From NCBI GenBank assembly GCA_000934665.2, contig KZ538008.1, positions 124,001 through 188,000 of the forward strand: a stretch of DNA of 64,000 bases, read 5' to 3'. The notes beneath the pieces were generated by a model that searched no databases, was not told the DNA's origin, and saw only the letters and a program-made list of their open reading frames with translations. Positions within the stretch are counted from its first letter, which is position 1. Each line of letters opens with the position of its first letter. Position numbers and translations under genes: made by a program. This stretch comes from Catajapyx aquilonaris (taxonomy: Eukaryota). Shown in pieces: positions 40,737-60,820 of this stretch.

Positions 40737-41678
40737 ATGGCTCTGCAACGAACGAGAGGCGCCATTCCGAAAGATGCTGTCAGTCTGACAGAAAAAGAGG
40801 CCAGAGCACATCAATGGAAAATGGTGCAAGAGTGGACTCCCAAGAGGGATACGTTAGTATTGTTTGCGGCTATAAGCAAAGTCGAAACTGTTATCCTACT
40901 GATAATAGTCACATCTGTACATGGCAATAAGGTTGTGTTTTCATTTAAGTAGCTAGCCCCAAGTGACTTTTCCTGTACATGCCAAAGGTATCGCAAACAA
41001 ATGTATCACGCAAATCGGCTGATGCCTAATACCCTTCCAGGTGGCCGTTTCGATATGGAGTCATTATTTTGTCCGCATCCGCAGCACTGTCGAGCTTCAT
41101 GATCAACAATCACTTTCGAAATAAGCTCCGCCTAATGTCGTATGGCCGCGTGTCCTCGTACTTGCCAATTGTAGTTTTACCATCTCTTGCTTGCACCTTA
41201 TTCCATTATGAGGTAAGTCCTGCCACTGAATGAATTTACCATAACATGATGTTTACTAATCTTTTTCAGTTTGTGACAAGCAGCATACTGGTTTTTAAAA
41301 ACGAATGTCCAACGTGCCTTCAGCTGAAGGCCTCAGCCATTCAGTGTGCATGTGGTACTGTTTATCCTTTTGTGATGGCTCCACTGGCTTCATTTGCTGT
41401 AAGTATACGTTCTATGCATGTTAAAATTGAATATAAATCCAACTTTTCTGTTCTAGTATGCCACACGGTATCTTACCTACAACGTGCCTAACTTCCTACA
41501 GCAGCCACAACTGGCTGCTCAGCTGCTGCAAAAGTTATCTCGTCCCCTGATGGGTAAGCTCGGAATCAGCTTCTTGGCACAGATGGCAGTGGCAACAATA
41601 CTCACCCACATGGAAGCAAAGTCCCTGTACAAAATGTATAAAAAGATGGGAGAAATAGAGACGGACATAGTGTACTAA
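40737..41678 (+). CDS. TMEM126: Transmembrane protein 126 (mitochondrial complex I assembly factor family), 212 aa, 4 exons
   Basis: Exons 40737-40852, 41041-41212, 41270-41398, 41457-41678 (639 nt, all GT-AG, frame closes). Peptide MALQRTRGAIPKDAVSLTEKEARAHQWKMVQEW..INNHFRNKLRL..SSYLPIVVLP..ECPTCLQLKASAIQ..GTVYPFVMAPLASF..ATRYLTY matches arthropod TMEM126. Confidence 0.9.
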
Positions 41679-41759
41679 AAGCAAAGTCTTGCTTGGTTAA
41701 AAATCTTATTTTTTATTTTTTTGCCATCAATTTTTTTTAAATCCCATTACTGACCATAA

Positions 41760-41765
41760 AATAAA
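41760..41765 (+). terminator. Candidate polyadenylation signal of TMEM126
   Basis: AATAAA about 80 nt after the stop codon. Confidence 0.5.
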
Positions 41766-44700
41766 AAAGGTGCACAACGCATCACTCATCCACTGAACCA
41801 AGCAGGTCTGAGACAAAGACCTGCCCTCACACTGTAGACGGCTATAAATGTTTCCCCTCCACACTAAAGTGGGGACGGAAAAACTCTGGCCTGGTCCTAC
41901 AACTAGGCACAATGTTTACCAAGTACCGACCTCTTGCTAGACACTACCAGGTGCTGCACTAAGGAATCCTAACTACTGGTTTAACACAGGCTTTTTTGGA
42001 GGGACCTGTGCACTCGTTTCTGTTTGGAAACAAATGGGGATAAGAGGCTGGAAGGCTTGAGTTTGCCTACTTATCTTCCACTTGTGCTTCTCTGATGCAC
42101 CGCCCGTGTTTTTATCCATAAGTACTGCACAAATGCAATTGTGAGCAATGGCTATCTTTGATGCATCTTCTTGGGTGAAGCAAATGGCCCAACGGCACAG
42201 CTGATGGCAGCCGTATGATCAGTGCAATATTTCATGAACCTTGTCATTTATACCAAGAGTTTCTTCCCTTGGGCTGCTTGGCAAAACATGACTGTGACCC
42301 CCATGCAGCCTGCTTTAAGCTTCAAAATGACATCAAGTGGCCCAAAGCAGAAGCACAAGGATCCTGGGGATCACAAATCATATTAATGCACAGAATTTAG
42401 AAAGCAGTCAAGAGAAGAAACTCATGTTACACTTCACCCAATCCAATGGCATGGAAGCCAAAATTATAATGCCTCTTCTCTAAACTAGCATACATTGGAA
42501 ACGAGGGCACAGATCCCTTGGACTCTCCCTGGCTTCATTGCCTCTAGAAATCACCCAGGTAATCGTGGGTGTGGATTGGACCGTAGACTCAAAAAAATCA
42601 ACCTAAGGATGTAACCCAGGCGTCAAACCAACCCACTTCAAAGTTTGCAGCCTTTGGAAAGAGTGGTTTGTACAGGCACTGAGGCTACCTTGGGTAATTC
42701 CTAGAGATAAGGTCTATTTTTGAGACTGACCCTCTCTTCACACAAAAAAGGGTGGTCAAACTTTAAGGGAGAATTTTTGGGACTTTTTAAAATCGGTTAC
42801 ATTATGATCACATGAGTTAGCGAGGAAGCGTCCAAATGCAAAGCATAGTGCAGCAGTAACCACTGCTCTTCTGGGCAGATTTAATATAAATCACAAGACT
42901 TCCTTTGAATTAGACACCCCTAGGTCGACACTCAAGAATTGGCAGGCCATTCATCTATCCAGTGGGTTATGCGCGTGACAAATGCAGTTGTTCACACCCC
43001 CAATAAGGTGTAGGTGCGATGTTTTAAGTGTTTCACGCGGTTAATTCTCCCTGAGGATGTGTGTGTGCTAAAAAGATCAGCAAGGTGTTACTCCCTGGAA
43101 GATATTACAATGCCTCTTATTGCCACTTCACATTCTCTTTGGCCTCCATTTATTGGGTGGGTTTGTGACTTGCTCTATGTAACTGCACTCGGGAGATGCA
43201 CGGAGTGAAAGCTTTAGCCTTGTGTATGTCAATTGGACAGAAGCAAAGATTTTCATTTCGCTATGTGCACCTCTGCGCTAAAATGCCTACCACATTCGAA
43301 AAAAAATGCATGTCAACAACTTCCTCTCTCTTTTTTTAAGCTTGTACTCTTCTTTTAAAAACTGTTAGGTAGAGGGAGCATATACCATTCAACAAGTAAA
43401 CATTAATATCAGATAATGGTTATAACAGTACGACTGCTGCTTGGCAGTAAGGCAAGAATTAATGCAATTTTTTAATCCTCTTGGCATCTCACAACAGTAA
43501 TTTGTTTGGGAAAAAATAAAGCTTTTTTTTTGTTTACTCGTGTCTCACTAAATGTTTCACCCTCCCAAGACTGTAAATATTGACTCTCGAATGCACAGGA
43601 TATGCCCTAGTGCAGCTATACTTACGACCCCATTAACCCCGATCTGAAAATTTGTTTTTCCCCAATGACCAATTTCCTTCTTTCCTTACTGCACTTGGGA
43701 TCTCCCTCGCGCTTCCAGAGTCGGCCGCGCATTGGCTCGCCCAAGAGATCCAAACCTTTGATTGCACGTGAGACTGTATAGACACACTTCCACAAATACA
43801 GATAGCATGAAAAAAAATTGCAACCATGTCTAGCCATTGAAGAATTACCATGGGAGATAGCGTGCTTCTTTTCATTTCGACACTGGTCGCTACATTGGTC
43901 GCCCTCACAACAATCCTAGCTGTGGGCTCACATCGAAGTTTAAAGATAAAACCACTGGAACATTTACGAGTAAGTCCCCAAGCTCTATATCTGTAAATTT
44001 TCACCTTTTCAAAAAACCATGATGTATAATAATTATTCTGCACAACAAATGCAGCTGACTTAACCTACATAAAATACCTCTTTAGTACACATCCTAAAGC
44101 TGTTCAGATTTTAAAACTAACGTAACTTTGCTTTGTGGTTAACACGGACGAAGACTTGTCACTTCACTGGTAAAACCTGCTATATAGGGACCTTGCCATC
44201 AATGAATAGATAGATATGTGGTAGTTATGAAAGGAGAGCTGAAAGCAAAGGCAATATATTGAACTGGACACAATGCATTGCTATGTTTGTCCGAGAAAGC
44301 ACTGGCAAGAGAAGTCCTGAAATTTCTTCTGTAACAGTCGTACAGTAGTAGTTTTGGTTAGTTCCTCAGCTCGCCTTTCTAAAAATAAACTGATATGAAA
44401 TTTGTTAAGTTACAATATATTGTTAGTCTTGAAATAATTGGTACTCTAAATCACAACGTCCCTACTATCCATGATCCTAACACCGTCAAAAACCACTCAG
44501 AAGAGGTTTTCCACAATTCTGCCACAAGCACACTCTAGTAAAACCACAAACTAGAATATGTATATAGTTTATACTCTTTGAAGTGTTAAGAAAATGCTCC
44601 TAGTTTTCGAAGCTCAAACCAACTCCCCCAAAGCATCACAATACCAGTTAAAATAAATCCCATGATATACACAAGCACTACGGAGAAGCAAGCTATCAAC

Positions 44701-47700
44701 TTTGTTCAATAACAGCCCTTGCAATGGCTTCTGTTGATTCAGTTTAAACTGCACACCGAGATCTTCAGCAAACAACAGATTCCACAGTAAAGCCATCACA
44801 TAATACTACTGCAGTGTCAAAACTACATTTCTCATTCACACAAATGTGGAACTCATGTTTTGAAGTTTTGAAAGCGCAGGTCCACCATTCCAAACTTACA
44901 CTATGCATACACGAGGAAAAATACATGTACAGTATTAATAATGTGGAAGTGAAAGTAACAAGCACACAATCATTTTTCTGTTTGGATCTCCTGATTAATA
45001 AGTAATAACCCAACATGTGGTTCTCTCAGCAGAGAGAGGAACATACTTGCTGGAGACATAACCACTAAAGGACCAGGACTCTCCACACAACAATAAAAAA
45101 ATGTATAAATGGCATACCAACACACTCGTGCTTAGTACATGTGGAGCAAATTGTTTCCCATACTCCTCTCTAAAATGGTAGAGCATAGAATCCAACATGC
45201 AAAGACTACATTACATTTTCTCCATTTTTTTGTTCTCGTTTCTTTTTTCATTCCCTTACCTACCAAGAAGCTATGCATAGTAGATGACAAGGAAGCTATG
45301 AGGACTCATTTCCAAACTGTTATTCTTAGTTGCTGTTGGTTGTGAGAATGAGGTGGGCACAAGAAAATTCAGTCATTCCTGGCACTGACTGTCCAGATTA
45401 ATCATGAACATGTCTTTGCTGAGATTGAATTCTCCACTCTCCACACACCTACACCAACACTTCCCGAAAGCATTGCTTCATTAATAATTCCAAGCTAGGA
45501 TAAATTTCGCTTGTGACAATGTTTTGCTGCCAACCTTATTCAAGAGAGTAACAATGTGAATAGCATGCCCATACTTCTCTTGGAAGATCACAAATATGGA
45601 CTCTGCAAAAGTTCCTTGCAGAACAGCTGCTTGCATTTTTGTCATTTCCAAACACAATGCTAAGCCCGTCGCAAAATATAGCAGAGAACTTGTCATAAAT
45701 AAGAGTAAATAAAATTAACACAGAATGAACCAACACCATGAAAGGTAGCAATTTTTCAACTTTGCAAGGCATTAATAGAAAGTAGTAGAGTAATAAATAT
45801 AAGTACAAAGGAGTCCAAGAACAATGATTCAATCTACAACTCCTCAACAGCATCTCCAGCAAGGTGTCAGCATTCCAAAAAAAAGGCAAAAGCTTCAAAA
45901 AATTATGGAAATTTATCTTCATTTTAAAATACAGATACAAGCAAATTACTGGCTGCCTGTAAATTGAGGATTAAATTCAGCTCAAGTTAGCATGGTGTTA
46001 CGCATACACAAACGCTGACACATTTCTATGTCGAATCAATTGAAACGTTGCACAACAAAATTCCTTGGCGTAAGTACATTATTTTTGGCTGTTTCTGCTG
46101 CACCTTGGTACTGAAAAATGCAATCGAGCATTGTAAAGAGTCTTGTTCTTGGGCCACTATGTAAAAGATTAAAAAATAATCACACAAGGTGTCATCATCT
46201 TCAGGTACAGGCAAATTTTGGATGTAAGCCTGTGACTCGAGACTTACCCACACTTTGCGTAATACCTGCAGTGAATGTAGGTGAGGAAGAGGAGTCAAGT
46301 AGGTTGGTTAGGGTTTGCTCTGCATTTAAGGCCTAGATGGTTAAACATGCTGCACGTCTTGGCCAAACTAGGGTCCTTTTCAGCATGCTAGAGGTACACT
46401 CCTCAACTGCAATAATCTCACAAGCTAGATTTGGTAATTCGCTAGTACAGTACTCACATGGCCTGCTTGCCAATCAGTTTTACTTATTCCTCTTTTTCTT
46501 TTTTCTTTTTAAAATTCAGTGACACCTACATGTGGTGGAACAGCCCCTTTACCTGAGTAGAGGGTGGGTGAAAGACTATTCACAAATTGGCTCGGGACTG
46601 GACACTTTTGAGTTGCACTACTCCCCCAAACACACTGCAGTGTAGACAGCTGTCCTGTATTTTGTAGCATCTGTTCTAATCTTTTCTGGAATCACCAACC
46701 ATTGAAAATAACACCTGACATTTTTAAATATTCTTATCTTCACCTCATTTTCATGCCAGGCTCATTGGCTTGTGTTGAAATGCAATGGTTTTTTTTCCCC
46801 CTTTCATTTGTCTTCTTCAATGATACTTCATTACAATTTTCAAATCAAAAAGAATGGTTCTGCAACCCTCCAATATATTGTTTACCTACATGATTCAAGC
46901 AATATTGAAACTTGAAAGTAACATTATGTTCACTGGAAATACCATCATAAAACCAAATGAATTTTCTCAACATACACCCAAAATCAAATAACAGCATTAA
47001 ATTTTGTGAAAAACTTAAAATGTGCCAATGTTTCAATAATAGTGCCAAATTAATGCATGTCATTTATGCATTTCTTGTCCCTATTCTGCATTTTATTTCT
47101 ACTGCTCAAAATAATTGCTGGAAGTAGGCCTGAAATGATTCCCTTTACAATAAATTTGATGATGAAAAGTTAGCATTCCATCAATAAGATTCATGCTAAG
47201 ATTTGTGAAAGGGCAACTACTGTACTCCAAGATTGCATACAAGTTATGATGAAGTTACAAGAAGTAAAATATTTGACAATCCTTTTATGTAATTGCTTCT
47301 CGTAAGAACTTCTGTCCAAACTTCTGATCAACCTTGTAGTCGGCACCCTATGAATGCCTACCCAAAAAGAGCCACGTAGAGAACACATTCGGTTCCAAGT
47401 CATTCCTTTGAATATCATTTTGAATGAATAGAAGTCAATGTAATCCTGTTGTTTTGTAACTCAACTGTAGCTGTACTAGGTAAATGCCTCACTCCCTTGA
47501 GTCAGTTGAATAAATGAGCATTACACAAGTACAGTATACAACTAAAGACTACTCTCAACTTTGTTACTAACTTGGCACCACAGCTCACCATCCAAAGTTT
47601 ACACCAACACATCTTAATCGCTAGCCCCTCAGATCAAACTATCATCTGACTTAGGATGTAAGAAATTCCATGTTCTAGTCATGCCTCAAATTCCAAGGAT

Positions 47701-48569
47701 ATGCCAAATAAAGGAATAACGTTGTTGATCTTCTTATGACCCACCACGAATAACCTCAGAAATACATTCCTCCTGGCCTACCCCAGCTTCTTTTCTCATG
47801 CAACTTCCAGGCACATATCCATTGAGCATTAGTAAGGGTAATGTGCCTCCTAGTATGAACAATAGAAAATTACTGCCAAAACGGACAATTTACAATCCCA
47901 TATTCTACACAAGCATTACAACTTGGATTACGTGATTAGTGAGAAGAATAGCGTAAGTGCCATTCAAGTCCATAAACACCAGAAAGTTGCAAAAAGCAGG
48001 CCAACAAATGACATTCAAAGTAGATAATTTATGTTGTCAAGCTTAAGGGTTTGCATAGATATCTGCAATGAACTAGAGCAAGAGTGTACTTAAATTCATC
48101 ATTTAGAAGTAAAATTAACATGCCTTTCTGCCAGCTTTACTTTCTGAAGCTAACTGCTCTGAAACTGAGATCAGCAACACTGTGCCATTTGTAAGTGTAA
48201 ATTGAATAATCCTTCTTGAAGTCCCGCAAACAGCAAACTTTCTGTTTAGCATTTATTTTTGGTTCCCTTCATTATATCTCCAGTCACATCCTTAAATAAT
48301 TGTGCAAGTCCCATCACCCAATACAAAACAAAACAGAAACACAGAAAGCATACTGGGTCTTATTTTGCCCCAGTGAATGGTGCGAGAGAGAGACAGGCAC
48401 AGGATTGATGAAATCGTCACACTTGGTGGTGTAAACCATGTCAGTGGGCACCTTGCAGTGCATATGCATACGAATTTATTGTTGAGTTTTTAAAATTTTA
48501 TTTTGTAAATGGTCACCCACTTCCCATATTTAGTTCAAGCATGAAAGAAACACTCATTGTCTTAAGCCA

Positions 48570-48665
48570 TGTACTATGGGCGCCAAAAGAATTGACCGGA
48601 ATTGATGGGTATATAGCGCCATATACCCATCAACTCCGGTCAATTCTTTTGGCACCCATAGTACA
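48570..48665. repeat. Long inverted repeat (45-bp arms, 6-nt loop)
   Basis: Arms 48570-48614 and 48621-48665 are reverse complements with two transition mismatches. Confidence 0.93.
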
Positions 48666-49614
48666 ACAAAAATCTTATCCAAAAATATGCAAGTGTACTG
48701 CAAAAAGTCCACCAATTTTATTTCCAATGCAAAGGGTGACCAGTCCATAAATTCTAGCCCCACGCCCCCTCCTGGAGTATCCACTTGGACAGAGATAAAC
48801 CATGTATATAAAAGAAGTACGCTTTCCAGTGAAGTACTATCACACAAGATGGTTGAGATAGTTCACATCATTGTAATATATATTTCATGCATGTGTTGAG
48901 TAAACTGATATTGAAGGGCTCCAGTCCCTTAACGTTTAGAAAATTCAGTGCAACTGTAGTGCATAAACAGCAGCCTAAGCATGAAATGGAATGCAAAGCT
49001 TCCAAAAGTACAAAGCCTCACTACTTGTAATGACTTCACTGCATGAATTCAAATTTTCCCTCCTTTCCTTCATTCTTCAAATCAACAATATTCAGAACTA
49101 CAAAACATGCCCACCTACCCCTTTCACAACTACTTTCAATCATGAAAATGCAGCAATTAACCTCACATTCAATAAAAAAGAAGTGGCAGTGGCATTGGCA
49201 CTGTTGCGTAATCAAACACGCCCATCCTTCTTCCTTGTTCATCATGGGATAACACAACAAACACCCAGGTCAATTATTATGCAATATGCAAAATATTAAA
49301 TTCAATCTCAAATGAATGAAAAATCAGATCAACTGATGATTTCTCCCATAATAAACAAGTTCATCCATGACTGGGTGGGGTCATCAAGATTTGCATTCCA
49401 TTCCAGTAACACCCTAATAAAAATACAAAATATAAGTAAACAAACTGGGCATATCAAAACAAATCTGTTTATGCAATTGTTGCTTTCTTTCTCCATGTCT
49501 TTAACCCAATCATAAGCAATTAATGAGCCTGACCTTACATTCAAGTGTATCTGCAAATCGTCGGGTCTACACTGCAGCCCATGCAAAATTAACCCCACCT
49601 AAGTTCCACATGTG

Positions 49615-56671
<7,057 letters not shown>

Positions 56672-58851
56672 CTTTCTTCTTCCTCGTCCTTTCCTCCGCC
56701 TCTTCCCCTCCTCCTGCTTCTTCGCCCCTGCTCTGCCCTTGCCTTCTCCCTGCCTGCTGCCCGCTATACCTGCCTGGGCTAGCTCACTTGCATCGGGGCC
56801 AACACTGGTCGCACCACCCAACCAAGACACCCTCACCACAACAAGTCAGTCTCTTGTGACTCACTTTCACTCGCACACCCTTGGGGCGTTGAGGTGAGCG
56901 AAGGAGGGAGAGAGGGCAGGTGGAGGAAGGAGAGAGAGAGAGTGAACAGCTGAGGAGAGAAACAGCAGTTGAGTGAGCTGGTAGCTCCCCCCTCCTCCTC
57001 CCTGCTTCCTCTCCTTTTTTTCCCCTTTTCGAGGGGCAGCCAGCAGCCAGCCAGCCTGCCAGCCAGCCAGGGGGAGGGAGGGACACCACTGCAGACCCCC
57101 CTCACTCTCACCCCACTTCGCCAACCACCCACACACGCAATGATGTATGCTGGGGGAGGGCGGGGGTAAATAACGGCTATTAGTAGCTGCTACTTGGCAG
57201 CATTTTTACAGCACGTTACTAGAGTTAGCATCCAAAATCGGATTACATTATTAGAAAGGTTGCAACAGTCCAACTGTTGCAACTGGGCGAATCGATATCA
57301 TTTCTAGTGTGGATATGACACAGAGAGTAACAAATCGCGCTTAGTACTTTGGCGGAAGAGCCGTTGTGCGATACTCCTGCTATCTGACGGCGGACTTGTC
57401 AAATGTGTGGGTGCGTCCGATTTATGGCACTGTGCGTGCTTACTGCTTAGTGAACTAGTGAAGTGTGCAATGTAAAATGGTAAGGCATCGCAAATAGAGC
57501 GATTTAAACCATGTCGACTGGAATGTTGCACGGATCAGTCCTGCAGGAAGGTCTGTCGCGCGACTTGCTTCTACAGGACCTTGGGAGGTTGGCTAATATG
57601 CAGCCTGGTCCTCCTTTCATGATATGCTGCAATGTACGGCGAACACACTTCTGCGTCGTTGCATAGATGTGGTGCATACATAGCGTCACGATAATGCGGA
57701 TATTGCTACTTGTCCCGCCGACACACTATAATTTGGTGTGGCTGTGTACCAAAATGTTATTTATCCAAGGTTAAAACATGTCCTTGAATTGTCAGAATAA
57801 AGACTGCGGTCAGCCTCAACCTGTTCAAGGAAAAATGGTGACTCATTTGATTGAATATCATAATCTGCTGAAAACAAAGCATGTGTTACTTATGGAGGGA
57901 TTGCCCCCATATGGCTCTATTGAACTGTTTGGCGTATGAATATAACCAGGTCATGCAAATTAATGAGCCGCTATGTAGCAGATGTGTGAACACGTCCATC
58001 GCTGTGAAAAAAATTACGCTCGCACTTATTAGCACAATTATTGGCAATTTGCAGGCGAGGTCTGGCACGTCCAGTTATCAAAAGCGACTTTGTAAGCAGT
58101 TATCCTACAGTTTTGGTCTAAGCAGATGACAACAAGGTAATAATCTTCTGATTACACTCTCACTTCTCTTCAACATAGTGTGAACAACGTATGTGTCAAT
58201 TCACACGTGTCACATTAATTTTAGTAAAAAATGTCAGGTCGAAACTGCTTACTAATAATGTGATAAGTGAATCACTCGAGTATTGATAAGATATCCGTAG
58301 TCTGTTACGTGGTTTCGACCATGGACGTAGCATGTGAAACTACCAAGGTATTTAGCTTTAAAATGTGTGCTTGTTTATCAGTCGAGTACAACCTCAATTG
58401 CCAGGGTCATAAAGGGCAATTGGCAGACTATGTAATTATCAGTATGCATAATAGTACTGGTTACATCGCTGCGAGGGAACGACCCAGGGTCTCGACAATG
58501 TAGAGTCGGTTCCAAAAATAAGGTTGCGTAATTTTTGCATCACCTTAGTTGAAGTCTCGCCAACATAAATGTTTTGACCTTGGTACATAGAGCGTGATGT
58601 CTATGGCACTCAAGCCGGACGTCCTTCAGGCGCTTTTTGAACGCGCCTAATTCCCCTCCCATGCCTATCATTAAACATATTTTTGGAAGACGTGTTTACC
58701 GAACCGGTGTTATCAGGAAAACTTTTCTAATTATCTACGAGCCATGACGCAACAACAGCTCATTAGGGTGACAAATACGGCCCGAAATCGATCATGACCT
58801 GATGAGGTCACTATATTTTTGCAGCTCGTTGGTAGGAAGTGTGTGCGTTAC

Positions 58852-60793
58852 ATGGAAGGCGAACAAAAGTTTACCAGCAGGTACGTTTTATTACTGGTGA
58901 ATCCAGAACAATGTCACCAAAAACGTGCTTTTCAGATGGTTAAAACCATTTCTGGCCAATGAGAACCCACTTCCTGATGATCCAACATTTGGACAGAAAA
59001 TACGTCACGGATGTCTTTGTCCTCCTCATGGCTACCTTGCCCATATCTTCACCCTCGTTTTTATACTGTTCATGTTATGGTCCATATCCTATGGGCTATT
59101 TGGACATGAAGCACTTCCTCCTGGAGGCCAAGTCTTTGCTTTGTTGCTGCTGTCAATAGGCACATTTATGGGTGCCCAGCTGGTCAATATGGTGCATCTT
59201 CCACCTCTTCTTGGGATGCTGCTGGCTGGAGTGTTGCTCAAAAATGTACCGTATGTGAGAGAGCAGGTTGGGGACAGGTTGGATGACAGGTGGTCGGCGG
59301 TTATTAGGTAAGATACAGTAATTAGGAAAAAGTCGTATCTATACATTGCTGATATGTTTCAGACAAATTGCTCTGGTGGTCATACTCGTACGAGGAGGGG
59401 TTAACCTGGATCCGCACTTGGTTTGGAGACTGAAAGGAATTGTGCTGAAGTTGTCGATTATTCCTTGCTTAGCAGAAGCAGTGGCTGCTGGGATTGTTGC
59501 CCATTTTTTGCTAGATTTTCCATGGATCTGGGGGTTCCTGCTGGGGTGAGTTGACATGGTTGTTTACTTATTGTGGGTGTCAGATTTGTTCTGTCTGCAG
59601 TTTCGCCGGCTGTGGTGGTGCCGTCTTTGATTGCACTGCAGGAGCAACGAAGAGGTACAGCAAAAGGTATTCCAACACTAGGAATTGCCGCCTCTTCCGT
59701 TAACCAAATTGTTGCAATCGTCGTCTTTGGAGTACTGCTGGGAGCTACATTTTCTCAAGGTACAGACGTGTTGTATCGCATATACCAGGCTGCTTAAGTA
59801 CCATTTTATTGCAGGAAATGTTCTTGATACAATTTTCCAAGGGCCTATCCAGTTAGGAATTGGTATAGGTTATGGACTTATTTTTGGCATCGCAGCGTGG
59901 TTTATACCCCATGAGAAGGAAGTGAGTGTTCATTAATACTTATTTTACAAGTTTTAAAGTGCGACTGTAATATTTTCAGAACAATGCAGCTTTCTACCGT
60001 TTCTTGATAATAATGGGTGGAGGATTAACTGCAGTGTTGGTTGGTCAAAAAATTAATTACCCAGGAGCCGGAGCACTTGGTTGCCTTCTGTTTGCATTTA
60101 TGGCTGGATTTGGATTACGAAAGGCTGGAGGAGATGCACTGGTTTGTGTTTAATTAAGATGCTAATATTGTCGTATAATTAATGATCTTCATTGCAGGCA
60201 GGCGTAGTAACTGGATTTGCTGTAGCTTGGGACATATTCCAGCCCCTTCTATTTGCATTGATTGGCGCAAAAATCGACATAAATGAACTGGAACCTAGTT
60301 TAATATGGAAGGGGTTCTTATGCATTGCTGCTGGATTGCTGGTAATTCATTTCATGTTTGGAATTCATCAATGTGTCCATATTATTCCGATTTAACTTAC
60401 AGTTTTGTTGTGCCAGCTGCTTTTTTCTCTCAATGGGTGCATCTCTTAACATTAAAGAACGTATGTTTTTGGCGTTAGCTTGGATTCCGAAGGCTACAGT
60501 GCAGGTAACTTTTGAATTTTTCTATCCATAAAAAGTAAACTAACCGAACTTTGCAGGCTGCCATTGGCCCTCTTGCTTTGGACACCGCAATAGCAACCCA
60601 AGCAGGCCCTGAAGACTTGCAACGCGGCCAGGAAGTTCTAACCATCGCCGTCCTCACCATCCTGCTAACAGCACCATTAGGAGCCATCGCCATCAACGTG
60701 TCTGGACCTCACCTTCTGCAAAAAGAAGACACCAGCGAAACCAATCAGGAATTGATGCCCAACAATGAATCCAGAGCAATTGACTTGGAGTAA
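58852..60793 (+). CDS. SLC9B/NHA-family cation/H+ antiporter paralogue A, ~503 aa, 9 exons, non-canonical ion-binding site
   Basis: Exons 58852-58880, 58936-59307, 59363-59545, 59584-59759, 59815-59921, 59980-60141, 60198-60341, 60403-60504, 60557-60793 (1512 nt, frame closes). Motifs LPPLLGMLLAG, WGFLLGFVLSAVSPAVVVPS, KGIPTL, WDIFQPLLF, AWIPKATVQAAIG, ILLTAPLG are SLC9B hallmarks. The start exon is less certain. Confidence 0.93.
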
Positions 60794-60814
60794 AGTGTGT
60801 GAAACATGTCGAGA

Positions 60815-60820
60815 AATAAA
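60815..60820 (+). terminator. Candidate polyadenylation signal of NHA paralogue A
   Basis: AATAAA 21 nt after the stop, followed by a TG-rich tract. Confidence 0.55.

Noticed and set aside
41780..42700. Possible decayed DIRS/tyrosine-recombinase fragment
   Set aside because: Only vague peptide resemblance; no supportable motif without a search.
56672..56839. N-terminal extension of AMMECR1 shown in the ORF track
   Set aside because: It starts at a non-ATG codon; the conserved protein begins at MAAGCCG (56671).
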